Positions 51,477 to 64,000 of a stretch of 64,000 nucleotides of DNA are shown here, in pieces; position 1 is the first letter of the stretch, and the number at the start of each line of letters is the position of its first letter. Under the pieces are notes generated by a model. The model had not been told where the DNA came from and made no database searches. It worked only from the letters and a program-made list of their open reading frames with translations. The DNA is taken from assembly GCA_965644265.1 (NCBI GenBank), contig OZ286466.1, positions 60,636,001 to 60,700,000 of the forward strand, given 5' to 3'. Source of the DNA: Glycera tridactyla (lineage: Eukaryota). A program made the position numbers and the translations under genes.

Positions 51477-53957
51477 TACTATGATGCCAAGTGGACAATG
51501 CTGTGAGGATGGAATCGAATCACAAGCATGTCAACCAAGTGCACCTGATGTTCACCCAATCAACAAAAGTGAAACGTGTCCTAAGAAGCAATTTTACCAA
51601 ACAGCCACCTGTCTAGAGCAGCTACTTTCCATTCTCCGATGGAGTTATTTTCACTGCATCACACCTGTCCTAAGCAGCCACCTGCTATAAGTAGCCACCT
51701 TTTCCCCTCCCAAAGGATGGCTGCTTGCAATAGGTTTGACTGTACTTACATTAACAATACATAATCAACCCAAGAATTATCAGATATGAGTGCACAGAAT
51801 AGTAGCTTCCTCCTTTCCCCCTAATAAAAGTTTGGCACAATCCTATTCATTGAAGTATGAGTCTGAAAGAGGGGTGAGATTGCTCAAACTGGACACAATT
51901 AATTAGGAACGTAACCACAGCTAATGAAACATTTACCAATAATGCAAGCAAATCTACATCTTTTCTGCAAAATAACTCAAGTCACTCTCACCACCAAAAC
52001 AAACAAGTACACTCTTACCAACAAAACAAGCAAATGCTGTGTGACCAGCAAAACAACCACACTCTTACCAACAAAACAAGCAAATGCTCTGTAACCATTA
52101 AAACAAGCAACTTGTAAATGAACCAATCATGAAACTTAAAACTGAATGAACACATAGGTACCAAGGAAATCTTATCACTCTTTGAAATCAGATACGAGAC
52201 ATTTAATCAATGTAATAATCACAGATTTGATGATTGTGGTGGTTTAGAGTCTGATTTCCTTATTAGGTTTGGCTAATATACAATCATAAGCATGAACATT
52301 TCTATTCTTTCTGCGGGCATAGAGGGTAGAAAACCAGCATCAACTCTATGGCCTGATCACTCTACAATCGCCACCATTGCCTAAACCCAGGACCCATTCA
52401 CATCTAGGTGGAGTAAAGTGGTGGAGTACAGTACATATAGTTCCAATCACTTGCCATCACACAGAGATTGCATCTATTCAGGGCAATATAATGGCAGTAA
52501 AGTTATCTGTTCTCATGCAAGAATGTGGTGATGAAAATACACATGATTCCCATTACCATTCACTACAAGTACTGAGATAGTCATTACTAATTCGGGAAAA
52601 CTTTACTTATTTCTGCTCGATCTTTCATCTCTTTGTATTGAAGACTTCTTTGTGCAGTTCCTTGGGCTGCAGGCAGTACCTTGGACTTCATAGACAGAAT
52701 CAGATATGTAGGACCCGTTCAGCTGAGAGCCAAGAAATTTCTACGAGGGTCGTTAACCAATGATACATTGCATCTACTCAGGATGTTCTAATGACAGGTA
52801 GTCATTGTCTCTCATCAAGCAAGGGCAATCACTCCATCTATTCAAAGCTATCTAATGACAGGTGATTATCTTTTCTATCCCCCAAATAGACATCGCTCAA
52901 TCCGAAGTGGCAGTTGAACAAGTTAGGAAGGGTTTTAAGGAAGCTCTGCCACAACTGGGATATGAATATTTAGATCAGGGGTTAGGGATTTACGCGATTA
53001 GGTACAGTATATATATTCTAAAAAGCAAGCACTCCAGATAGGGGGTGGGTATCCTTGATTAGGGTTGAATAGGATCGTCACTTACTGTTTTTCTGTGATT
53101 TTTGCACATTCTGGGTAGCTGAAATAGCAGAAAGTATCAAGAAATCATAGCAATTCCACATTCTACAGAACCAAATCCCCCTCATCACCAGTCTGAAATA
53201 TAATTCTCTGTGAATTTTGCATTGTTGTTATGACAGGACTGGGAAGATGGAGTGAATGCAGTTTCATTCAGCTTGAGAATTTGCATCACAAACACCTCTT
53301 GTTTCAAGTACAGGGGGACAAAATTCATCCATCCATCCATCCACGGATCCATCCATTCATTTATTCATAAATCAATTGATCCATCCATTCATCACCCATG
53401 ACATCCATCCATCAACATCCATTTGCCTATCCACCTGCTAATCCACCCATTAGCTACCACCCATTCATTCATCCATCTGTTCGTCAGTCAATTTGTGCAT
53501 CCATCGATCTGTAACACCATCAATCAGTAATTTGTCTGTAAGTTGGTTGAAGAAGGTCTGAGGATATGGATCAAAAGCTACCATAAGTAGCTCAATTCAA
53601 GTGTGTGGATCACGATAAACCATGATTCATGGAATTACTGCTATGCAACTTATCCCCAGGCTCTTGTTCAACAATAATGAAAACAAATTCTGCCATTCTG
53701 CACTATACATGTATTCCCGCAATACAGATATTTCCAAGCGCTTCATGAATGAGCTTCTTCAATGGTCTTTTCATGTAGTGAGATCAGACAGGTGGATGGT
53801 GGAGAGGAAGAGCATCGTTACTCATCATCAATGAATGAACATCCCCTGTCACTCCAAAATTGATGGTATCAGTGGATGTAGAGTGATTAATGTCTTATAG
53901 TCATGGCAACATACTGAGAGCACAATAAATGGGCAATACACACTGCCAATCATGTCA

Positions 53958-54436
53958 ATCAACTCTTGCTGTGGCTCACAGGCCATCTAGTGGGGAATAC
54001 ATCAACTCTGGCTGTGGCTCACAAGCCATCTAGTGGGGAATACATCAACTCTTGCTGTGGCTCCCACATCATCTAGTGGGGAACACATGAACTCTTGTTG
54101 TGGCTCACAGGCCATCTAGTGGAGAACACATGAACTCTTGCTGTGGCTCACAAGCCATCTGGTGGGGAATACATCAACTCTTGCTGTGGCTCACAGCCCA
54201 TCTGGTGTGGAACACATGAACTCTTGTTGTGGCTCCCAGACCATCTGGTGGGGAACACATGAACTTTTGCTGTGGCTCTCAGACCATCTAGTGGGGAAGA
54301 TGTCAACTCTTGCTGTGTCGCACAAGCCATCTAGACGAAAATACATCAACTCTTGATGCGGCTCACCTGCCATCTGGTGGGGAACACGTCAACTCTTGCT
54401 ATAGCTCACAGACCATATAGTGGAAAACACATCAAC
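53958..54436. repeat. 43-bp minisatellite, about 11 copies
   Basis: aactct recurs at 53961, 54004, 54047, 54090, 54133; unit catcaactcttgctgtggctcacaagccatctagtggggaata. Confidence 0.95.
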
Positions 54437-56126
54437 CGAATTTCAACCTCCAACACTGAATCTTAATCCCATAATTGCAATGATCTTTCTGATCAAGTGC
54501 TCTTTCCATAAAAATTTCTCACATGATTGAAAAGGCGATATTAGCAGAATGGTGGCATACCGCTGACATGAATGCACAGAAGAAAACCTTGTCCATCTGT
54601 CATGCTTCACTATATCATTCACAATTTATTCTTCCTCTATCTGGTGGCTCCTGACAGTTCATATCTGTGCAAACTGCTGAGAAATAAATTTTAGGTTTTG
54701 CTAAAATTATTGTCATTTTCTCCAATGGCAACACAAACCTGCAGTTGATGGAACAATGAACAAATCTTGACTGTCTTCAGGATGATTTGGCTCAAAACGG
54801 AAGCCAGTCAGTCAGTCAGTCAGTTGATCATTTGGACAGTTGGCTGCCCTACATAAAAAAGTAACCTGTCATGAATGTTTTCTTCAAATACTTCACCTGT
54901 GGTGCATAAACATGAAACCCATGCTTGATGAATAATTATGGTCAATAAATCAAATTGTCATATCTTTTGTCATATCTCATATCTCTTGCTAGTCAACAGC
55001 GACCATCCCCTGGGGCCAGCAGATGTTTAGGCAAAAATCAATAGCCAAACTGATTGTGACACATGATGATTCAGGCAGACTGGTTACCTGGGAACCGCCT
55101 ATCATGTGAGAATTTATTTCTCAATTTGCTGTCACACTAGAAAGACAATAGTGGAAGTGTGCCTCGTCTGTTACAAAAAATAACCATATCTCATCCAGAC
55201 AAACTGCCATGGGAGGACATATATCTTGAAAGTGACAGGCGACACTTTCAAGAGAGACAAATGGATCGATCCAACATGCGGACAGGACAAGATGAATGGA
55301 GTATATTCCCATGTCTACACTATCTAGCATTATACTGCACTTGATAGATGATTTCATTTTCCTAGAGAATTATCATACCCACACTGTACATCCTCCCCTT
55401 CTGAACTATAAATTGAAAGCACACCACGTCTTTCTACCACTTATAAAAAGTGCGCTGTTTGTTATGGTTAAACTGGCTGTGAAATTGCTGATTATATGGA
55501 TCAATAACATACCCTTTTAAAGAGGATTTTAAGCGTTATTAATTACATTTCACAATTAACTGACATCAGACCCCCAGATCCCATTTCACACCCTCATAAT
55601 TCTCCTGGAATGCCTGACAGATGCAGTGTCTGGAACATGCAACGGTCATTTTATATCCTCGGGCATAGAAAGCTATGATTAAGTTATGCCCTGTTCTCAC
55701 TAGTTTAAACAGCTTTGTTCAACTCCCATCATCGCTTATTTCTATTGCAAGAATTGTAAGATGAATACACACAAATGTATATGAAGCTCCATCATCAAAG
55801 ATGGCAGCATATGATCATGATGCATAAAGACATATAATTGATCCACTGATGTTTGTATTTGAGGTTTAACAGCATGTATCAACCCACAGGATTATGTATG
55901 TCATGTGTTCCTAGTCAATGAAAGCTAGATGGTCTCTCCTCTGCAGACACCACTCTCATAAAGCTTGATCACAAGATGACTGGATTGTTTGCAAATAATA
56001 ACACTGTTAGAGACATGAATTAGAATGAACTCAACTGATTTATATGAGAATGGCATTTTTTTTAGAGAGTTGGTCTTGAGAGCACGTTCGACTGTAGTCC
56101 TGATTCAATTTGATGATACAGGAATA

Positions 56127-56288
56127 CAGTCAAACCTACTCTCAAGACTAACTCTCAAAAAAAAAAACACCACTCTATAAAGGCAATACTGTGGTACAAC
56201 CATGGTAGCATTTCCAACAGACCTCTCTTATAAAGACCACCCACTCTTATATGTGACCAAAGGTGGTCTTTATAGACAGGTTACACTG
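56127..56288 (-). mobile_element. MITE family A, diverged
   Basis: TA|cagtcaaacct...caggttacactg|TA. Confidence 0.75.
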
Positions 56289-57387
56289 TATTCGAATTGA
56301 TCCGAATCACTGCCAACGATCATCAGATGACATCCCTGAGCTTCATTTGATTCAAAACTTTCAATATCAAAGATACTGTCCACTTGAAAAGCAACAGGAA
56401 AGCTGAAGTGAAAATGGAAATGATGAGTGTGTGTTTTGCTAGCATACCCCACGTCTAATATAATCTAATGTGAGTCTGGAGAAGGGCTGCACGGAACAAT
56501 GAAATGTCTGGTGATGTCAGGCTAGATGTGGCTGATGTGAGGGGGGTGGGGGGTGCAGGGTAATCAACCCACAGATGACTGAATCATCGGTCGTCGGTCA
56601 CGTCAACAGCACCGACAAAAGCCACACTGAGTAGCCAGATCAACGGTGATAAACTGCGCAGCACGAATATGCGGCAAAGCTCGAAATCCTTTGACCAATA
56701 CCATTAGCAATCACACCCGAACCTGATCCCTGGCGAACCAAAATGACAGTTTGTAACAGGTGAGATGGGTGTGATGGATGGAAATGGAGAGACCTAGCAC
56801 TAAAAAAGGGTGGCTCTGCAAATTGAGAGGCCAGACAAAAGAGCGCAGAGAGGCCCATTTGCATTGAGTAGCATCAATAGAACACACCATAACTGGATGA
56901 AACCACCGCTGCACCGGGTTCTGGGCATGACCCTCACTGCTTTTAGACACTTTTTCTCTCTCTTGTTGCAGCTCTATCTTATCTACAGATGTGTTTTAAC
57001 AGGATTATCAATCAGAGGATTGTGTATGTGATGTGTTCCCAGGGCCAATCTTACTAAACACACAGTAATTCTGCTAGGACGTCTTAAGTGTCAAGGTCAA
57101 TGACAGTTGTCTCCTGCAAACATCAGCCATCAAGTTTTGTTGGCAAAAAGGGCAAACTTTTGACAATGATCAAGAATGACATTGTCATCACCACCTGATA
57201 TATGGTTGATCATATTTTTGGCACCAGAATTGTTCTTGAAAATTTGCAAACATTGCATATTCCAGGGGTGTAGTGTCAATATAAGTCTGGGTAAGGTCAC
57301 ATAAACAAAACTGTGGATGTAAATGTAGTGGTTCATAGTCTGGTATCCTTAGCAAGTTCACCTGACTTTACAAATACATTGCTGGGC

Positions 57388-57545
57388 AGGCCTGTTCAAG
57401 CTTGAGCATTTCTCATCTCCTTGGGGTGTATACAAACACTGACACAGGATCAACTGCATGTGCTAAGCACTCTATAATCACCAACACTGCCTTAATATGC
57501 CAAGTACCCATTCACACCTAGGTGAAGTGAAGTGGAGTACAGAGG
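57388..57545 (-). mobile_element. SINE central-domain/tail fragment (V/Meta-type-like); further fragments at about 45335-45430 and 52386-52415
   Basis: Minus strand cacttcacctaggtgtgaatgggtacttggc resembles the conserved CACCCAGGTGTAAATGGGTAC block of invertebrate tRNA-SINEs (from memory); 45335 has an A-box-like tggtgtagtgg. Confidence 0.4.
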
Positions 57546-57751
57546 TTCCACTCAGTTACCTCCACACAGAAGTGCCTCCTCACTGAGAGGCACAGATCTT
57601 ATAGATCTGTGTAATGGTGCAGGTCCAGAATGAAATGGTGAACCTTGTCCATGTTGGTCACCCATCTAAGGAGGAGCCCTGCTCACTGTTGTAAACAGCG
57701 CTGCTCAGTTGAGAACCAGAGGGCGATGGGCATAATTAGATTGGGGAGATA

Positions 57752-57929
57752 CAGTGAAACCTGTCTTGGGAGACCCCTCTTTTGGGAGACCACCCTCTAA
57801 TGGGAGACCGCTCGTTATCGGCTCTTCTCTATTTGACATAGTCAAATATACCTCCAATGAGAGACCACCTCTCTTGAGAGACCGCTTTTCGTTGGCTTTT
57901 GGGGCGGTCTCCCAAGGCAGGTTTTACTG
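57752..57929 (+). mobile_element. MITE family C, full length
   Basis: TA-flanked, same length (178 bp) and sequence type as 28316-28493. Confidence 0.9.
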
Positions 57930-58405
57930 TATTGCAAAATAAAAGGGTGAAGTTGATAAGTACAAAACATTAAGACATGTTGAATCTTGGTGATTTGCGT
58001 AATGCTGTCAGAAGTTGCATCATGGCAAGAGATGGTCAATTTAGCCAATTAGGAGGCAGGCGAAGCCACCCCTTTAAGGGGCAATACATCTTCGAAAGCG
58101 AATCACAACGACTCTGTGGCTGTTCAGATCTGAATCAATATCCCCATCTTTGCCATCACTGCTGGGAGATTACACCCTGCCAAATACTGCAATTTCTGAT
58201 TGCTTCTTTGCTCTTCATCTCAACACAAATCATATTGCAAGAACCCAATCTTGTCAAAGATACACATTACCACTCATGAAATGCACATCAATCAGAGATT
58301 TCTTGAGAATAAATCAACGTGAATTTATTTTTGGACATAATTCATTGAATAGCTTTTACTCATCTTTGAGGAAATGACATTCAGCAATCAGTTCTATAAG
58401 AATTA

Positions 58406-58561
58406 TAGTGAAACCTGCAACAAGACACCACCCTAAATGTCACCAAAAATTGGTCTCAAAACGGGTGGTCTTCCATCGGAGGTAAATTTGACTCTGTCAA
58501 ATATAAAAGCTGCCCTGCAAAGATGGTCTCTGATCAGAGGTGGTCATCGCAGGTTTCACTG
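58406..58561 (-). mobile_element. MITE family C, diverged
   Basis: tagtgaaacctgc...gcaggtttcactg|TA. Confidence 0.75.
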
Positions 58562-59079
58562 TACCATCAAGTTGATCAGAAACATCATGTCTATTCATAC
58601 CATGGCTGTAGTCTGTTGTTAGATTGACCAACTCCTGAAATCATCACCATAAGTTTTTGACCTATTAGGAACAAATTGTTCTCTCAACACAAGCTCCATA
58701 GTCAGAAGAGGGCCTCCAGGCCCTTCCTAATGGGCCCTCCACTGATTACCAAGACCTGGGAAATGCACACAGCTGCTGTTCGCTTCACCAGCTTCATGCC
58801 TCTGGGAAAGGGTGGGTTGAGCNNNNNNNNNNNNNNNNNNNNNNNNNNNNNNNNNNNNNNNNNNNNNNNNNNNNNNNNNNNNNNNNNNNNNNNNNNNNNN
58901 NNNNNNNNNNNNNNNNNNNNNNNNNNNNNNNNNNNNNNNNNNNNNNNNNNNNNNNNNNNNNNNNNNNNNNNNNNNNNNNNNNNNNNNNNNNNNNNNNNNN
59001 NNNNNNNGGGAAGGAGGGAGAGGTGGGAGCACAGTCGCACGCAGCGAGATGTATAGCTGAGTGAATCAAGCGCCCCGGA

Positions 59080-59836
59080 TTGATGAACGAAGTGCGGTGG
59101 TTCATGGGGAAGCCGATTGTCACCTGTCACTTTGCGGTTTCTGATTCCCGTACTCGAAGCTCCAAGCAAGCAGCAAGAAACATCATCATCACTAGTACAG
59201 GCCTACCGGCAAATATGCGCATTGTGACTTGTCTTGGTGATGAAATGATGTCTTTCATATCCATCTGTGTATAACCCATGTATAAATTGCGTGAATCCGT
59301 CGTTTACTCGCAAGAAACAATGAACTATCGATCGCTAACGATACTTTCGGAGATGCCCAAGAAATCGTGAACAGTCGATTCGGCAATGCTCGGCTAGTGT
59401 TCAGGATCGTTCAGCTAGTGCTCTGCTCTTTTGCATATGATTCAGCAATCTTTGGCCACGGATAGCGAATTATTATGGGATAGATCGATACCTCATTTGC
59501 AGATGCTGATATGACATCACGGAGGGGTTTCCCCGGTAATGGCGCTCTATTTATCCACCATAAGTCGCTTTTAGTAATATATTTTTCGTTTCAAACTTTC
59601 TCACACAGTCAGTAATCTACGAATTCCAAATTTCTCACACGTTTCACGTGTTTTTCAAACAGTTTCAGTTCAATACTGATGATTGAATAGCGATCGTTTA
59701 CAAATGGTGGTTCACGAAACATGTATGTTTGACATGGTCAAATCACGGCGAATACCTCCATAAAATGGACGATAGTAATGTCTAGATTGAGTGAGAATCC
59801 CAAAGTGAAAATAGTACCGTCTCTGACGGGAAAAAA
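59080..59836 (+). mobile_element. Repeat family B, second copy
   Basis: Shares cgattgtcacctgtcactttgcgg, gtataaattgcgtgaatccgtcg and the end ccgtc-tct-gacggg-aaaaaa with the 12-kb copy. Confidence 0.8.
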
Positions 59837-62460
59837 TTGTGTCTATTGATCAATGATTTGAAGGTCAAAGACACTAGACCCAGTATCTGTCATTCTCAAA
59901 TCTACATTGAGTGAGAATCAATGAGTTTTTGCTTTTATTTCCTACTCCTTTTGGTAATGCTGATTTGTTTTACTTTTCCTACTCATATCATTCATGTACT
60001 GGAAGAATCATGAAATGAGCATCTCCTGTACAGCATGCTGGCAAAGATAAGATACATGTCTCAGTCTATTAAGAGGCATACAAGAGCTTCGTACAAAGGC
60101 CTGAATGACCCGAGGTAAATTGTCCCCTCTAGCAAGGGGTCCATCTCCAACAGATGCTGATGAGCATAATGAGATAATCTAATTTTCTAGTTAGATGGAA
60201 TAATCAGCATTCATTTCCATACTTTGGGCTAGTTCAAAACCCAAAACTAAAGTACTGAATAGCACACCAGATCGTGCCTGGGCCCTGGGACCAATTTTGG
60301 CTTTTTCAGTCCACTGGTTTCTCCTTCTGTGGATTAAAAGGCCACACATTTTGGATGAATAGACATGATATCACTTTGCAATATTTCGCTTTGTCACTTC
60401 AAGAGTGGATCATAAAGGCCCACTGAGTTGTCTGGATCAGGAATCATTCAAACTCCTTGTCTTAAAACTACAATATCTTGCTTGTCTCATATAGACTTTA
60501 TGGTCATAGTACCAAAAACTGGAGAAAAACTAGAATGAGACAATTTCAGGTTTTTCTGTTGCCGATGGATGGAGTCAAACAAGATGTGGATTCTATGTGT
60601 AATGCAAGATGCGCAGTTGTTGGGGCTGAAACTGATGGTGAATGATACGAACACGCTGGCACTTCCAGCGGACGGATATTGCTCGTCTAGACTGCATAAT
60701 GTGATCAAGATCTGGCACCCACCAGATGCGTGTGACTTTCATAACAAAATTATAGTCACGATGCCCGTGCAGCCAGTGTTCCACTGTGAAATGATACATG
60801 AAGTTATCTCTGAATCAAGCATCAAATAGGGGTTGGTTGGTTGCTTGGTTGGTTGCTTGGTTGCTTGGTTTTCAATGATATGAATTGATGCACATCACAG
60901 TAGAGCCTGAATCAGGCAACCACCTCTGGGATTAAAAAAAATTGGTAGCTTGAAGACGGGTGGTTGCAAAATGCAGGTATCTTCTGTCACTTTTTGTCTT
61001 CTTGTACTGAATTGTTTCTGTGGTATATTTGTCACGGTCATGCATGATATAATGTTCTTGCAACACTAGCCTTGTATCTGTGAAAGTAAATAAAAGTTTC
61101 TCAAACTCAAACTCAAACCATACTGAAAAATACTTTACCGGAAAATCAGAAAATGGCTGACTAAGACAGGTTCCACTGTATCATAAAAGCTGTTTGTTAC
61201 TAATCTATGAGCAATAGATGTTCTGTCCCATTCCGTCAGTAATATGGTCATGCAAATATCATCATCTCTGGACTTGATATGGTAAATTAACTAGATAATT
61301 TGTAGCAGCCAAAACCCAGCATCCGATCGAACAACTATTCTCGGGTATTATCATAAGCTATGAAATTGCTGTCATTGTCATAAACGTAAAATGAGGGTAA
61401 TCAGAATAGGTGCCAAGCACAAGTGGCAGAGTTCAGACACAGAAGCGACAGGGAAGTGAACAATCACAGAGAACTGACCCCCTCCCAGTTGTCGTTTTTG
61501 TGGTGAGACGGCCTTGGCCGGATTCCACATTCAAGGCAAGTGCTTCTCTGAGATTGCAAAACGGTGGTGTTTGTTTATCTGGAATTGAAAGGGTCCTACC
61601 AAGTGAGGGAATGCCAGCATTTTGAACTCCATTCAGGGTATGACTGAATAGATGAAAAATATATTGTTTGATTTGGGTGACCGAAATTGGATGTTATTTT
61701 ACCAATATGCAATGATACAGAGACAAAGGTGAACAATTTTTGACATTCGTGGGCCGCCATAAGCTGACATGGGATACAGAGAGTGCATGAAACTCTCGAC
61801 CACTTTACAAATATTCATTCATACAGGCAAGGTAGACCATCAAATTATCAAATTGCACGCATGTTGTTTGTTTATTGTTAATGCAAATAGAAGCTGGCAT
61901 CGGATTCACATTTGGGCTATTGACTGAGATTGTTTATGGAATTTCACTCCGGTAACACCTGGCATATTAAAGGCTTCAGCAGCACTTCCTTTGCATGCTT
62001 GTGTGTTGGTCAGTGCAGGTTAGCTAGGTCAGGGTGCTCATTTCAGTATGTACTCAGTGTTCCAGGTTCAGATGCCGCGCGCACATTCCCATAGCTCTGT
62101 ACTAACTGGGCCTTACTTCCTATCCCCTATCCCCTATCCCAACTGTGAATGAAACTGACTGTAGGCACACAGTCGGCTGTCACGCCTCCCCCTCCTCAAG
62201 CTCACTGGAGCTAGAGGGGTGGCTGGCAGGCAGGGCGCACCAGTCAGACTAACGCAGGCCACCACCGCCACTGCTGGGCACAACACACGCTGTCCAACAC
62301 CTGAGCAGGAACAGCATCTTGTAAACACAGTACACATGGTCCCACCACATGGACTTCTATTGTACATTGTATCTCACCCATTTACTGCTGCTTCTTACTG
62401 TGTGTGTGTGGGGGGGGGGGGGGTTGTGTGTGTGTGTGTGTGTGTGGTTGTGTGTGTGTG

Positions 62461-63116
62461 CCCACCCTCCTACCCATCCACCCATCTACACCCTCACCCA
62501 GCTAACCACCCACCCACCTACCCATCCAACCACCCACCCAACTACCCACCCACCTACCCACCCACCTACCTAACCACCCACCTACCTACCCACCCACCCA
62601 CCACCCACCTACCAACCCACCTACTGACCTACCCACCCACCCACCTACCTGCCCTTCTGCCCACCCACCTACCCAACCACCCACCTATGCACCCACCTAC
62701 CCACCCACTTATCTACCCACCCACCCACCTACCCACCAACCTACCCGCCCAGCTACCAAGCTACCCATCCATCGACTTACCCACGCCTACCTACCCAACT
62801 ACCCACCCACTTACCTACCCACCCATCTACCCACCCACCCAACTACCTACCCAACCAACTACCGCCACACCCATCTACCTACCCACCTACCCAACCTCCT
62901 ACCCACCCACCTACCTACCCACCTACCTACCCACCCACCACCCACCTACCCACCTATATATTCACCCACCTATCTACTCACCCACCTACCTACCCACCCA
63001 CCTACCCACCAACCGACACCCACCCACCCACCTACCCACCATCCGACCCACCAACTAACCACCCAACCATCAAGTTCATCCACTGGCCGCTTACCATTTC
63101 AGGCCTACAGGCCTAG
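62461..63116 (+). mobile_element. Second copy of the CCCA/CCTA-rich Helitron-like element
   Basis: Same terminus ccatcaagttcatccact...caggcctacaggcctag followed by T. Confidence 0.6.
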
Positions 63117-64000
63117 TTCAATGGCAAATCAAAACCGACACATTTAAAGTAAGAAGCTACTTCCGTATTGCACAACATCTTCTGCAAAATGAACTGTGTA
63201 TGAAGTCCCACAGGAATTCATAATGTCAATGGCTTCCCGATTTCGTAGCAGCCGACCAGTTGTCAAAACTCAGAATTGCATTGATGAACTCTGGGTTTCA
63301 TTTCACTTAATACCGGGTCAGTCTAGAATGAGATTGTTCATTAGTTACAAAGGATATACAAGGCATGAGTGAAATGGCCCTAGTACAGAAAAATTCCATT
63401 GGGTCTCATTGATTTGCACTCCCACCCAAGCAAACAACAGAATGGTGTCTCCAGTGTGTACAATCTGCCCATCTCTCAAGTCCACCAATTATTTTTCCAT
63501 CCCACCTTCTTAATCCAACAGCTACTAGTTCACCAACTCCTCATCCAAATATACTCGGAATTACCCAAAATTATCAAACCTGAGAAAAAGACTCGTAATC
63601 TGGAATACTCAGTCTTCCGAGATCCTAAATTCACTGATTGTATACAATTTTCTCGAAATAATAACGCATCGCAACCCAAGTCCACATATTATCCGGCTAC
63701 TTCCATGTATTGCCTAACACCTCTGATGCATTTCACTAACTTTAAAATCTGTTTGGAGAGAGCATTGTATATGGAAACATCTGCGCTGGAAAGTGATGCG
63801 TCAGTAAATCCTTGGACGCTCACAGACAACTGTTAAAAGTTGGAGTAAGTGCTCCAAGTTGCTAGGCACTTACATAGAAACTCAAACTCTGGTCAAACTA
63901 CAGTAAAACCTGCTCAAGTGTAAACCTGTGCTAGGCGAAATCCTGTCTTAAGCGCATACCCCACCATCTGCCCGGATGTTTTTTTCAAACTATAATTGTC

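Noticed and set aside
53958-54436. Possible CRISPR-like array
   Set aside because: Contiguous tandem units without unique spacers, in a eukaryotic context with no cas genes.
62219-63058. 279-aa Pro/Thr/His-rich ORF
   Set aside because: Same low-complexity repeat family plus a TG microsatellite.

Overview
Repeat-rich eukaryotic (invertebrate-like) genomic DNA that is almost entirely non-coding, possibly intronic or 5-prime sequence of a large minus-strand gene. No long genuine CDS, rRNA, tRNA gene or CRISPR array is visible, and no gene symbol can be assigned. The window is dominated by non-autonomous transposons: (i) about 25 TA-flanked Tc1/mariner/pogo-type MITEs with CAGT termini, several nested with TSDs confirmable from empty paralogous sites; (ii) hAT-like MITEs; (iii) Helitron/Helentron-like (HINE) elements carrying tandem repeats, microsatellites and terminal hairpins; (iv) SINE fragments; (v) one 5'-truncated Penelope-like retroelement with a recognisable GIY-YIG endonuclease C-terminus followed by a variant hammerhead-ribozyme-like motif. 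Several short minus-strand segments have good splice signals and compatible phases; the best (2182-2282) loosely resembles the N-terminus of an ADF-H/coactosin-type domain. Five N runs hide sequence next to simple repeats. The longest ORFs in the supplied track are artefacts of low-complexity DNA or N runs. All calls were made by eye, without database searches.
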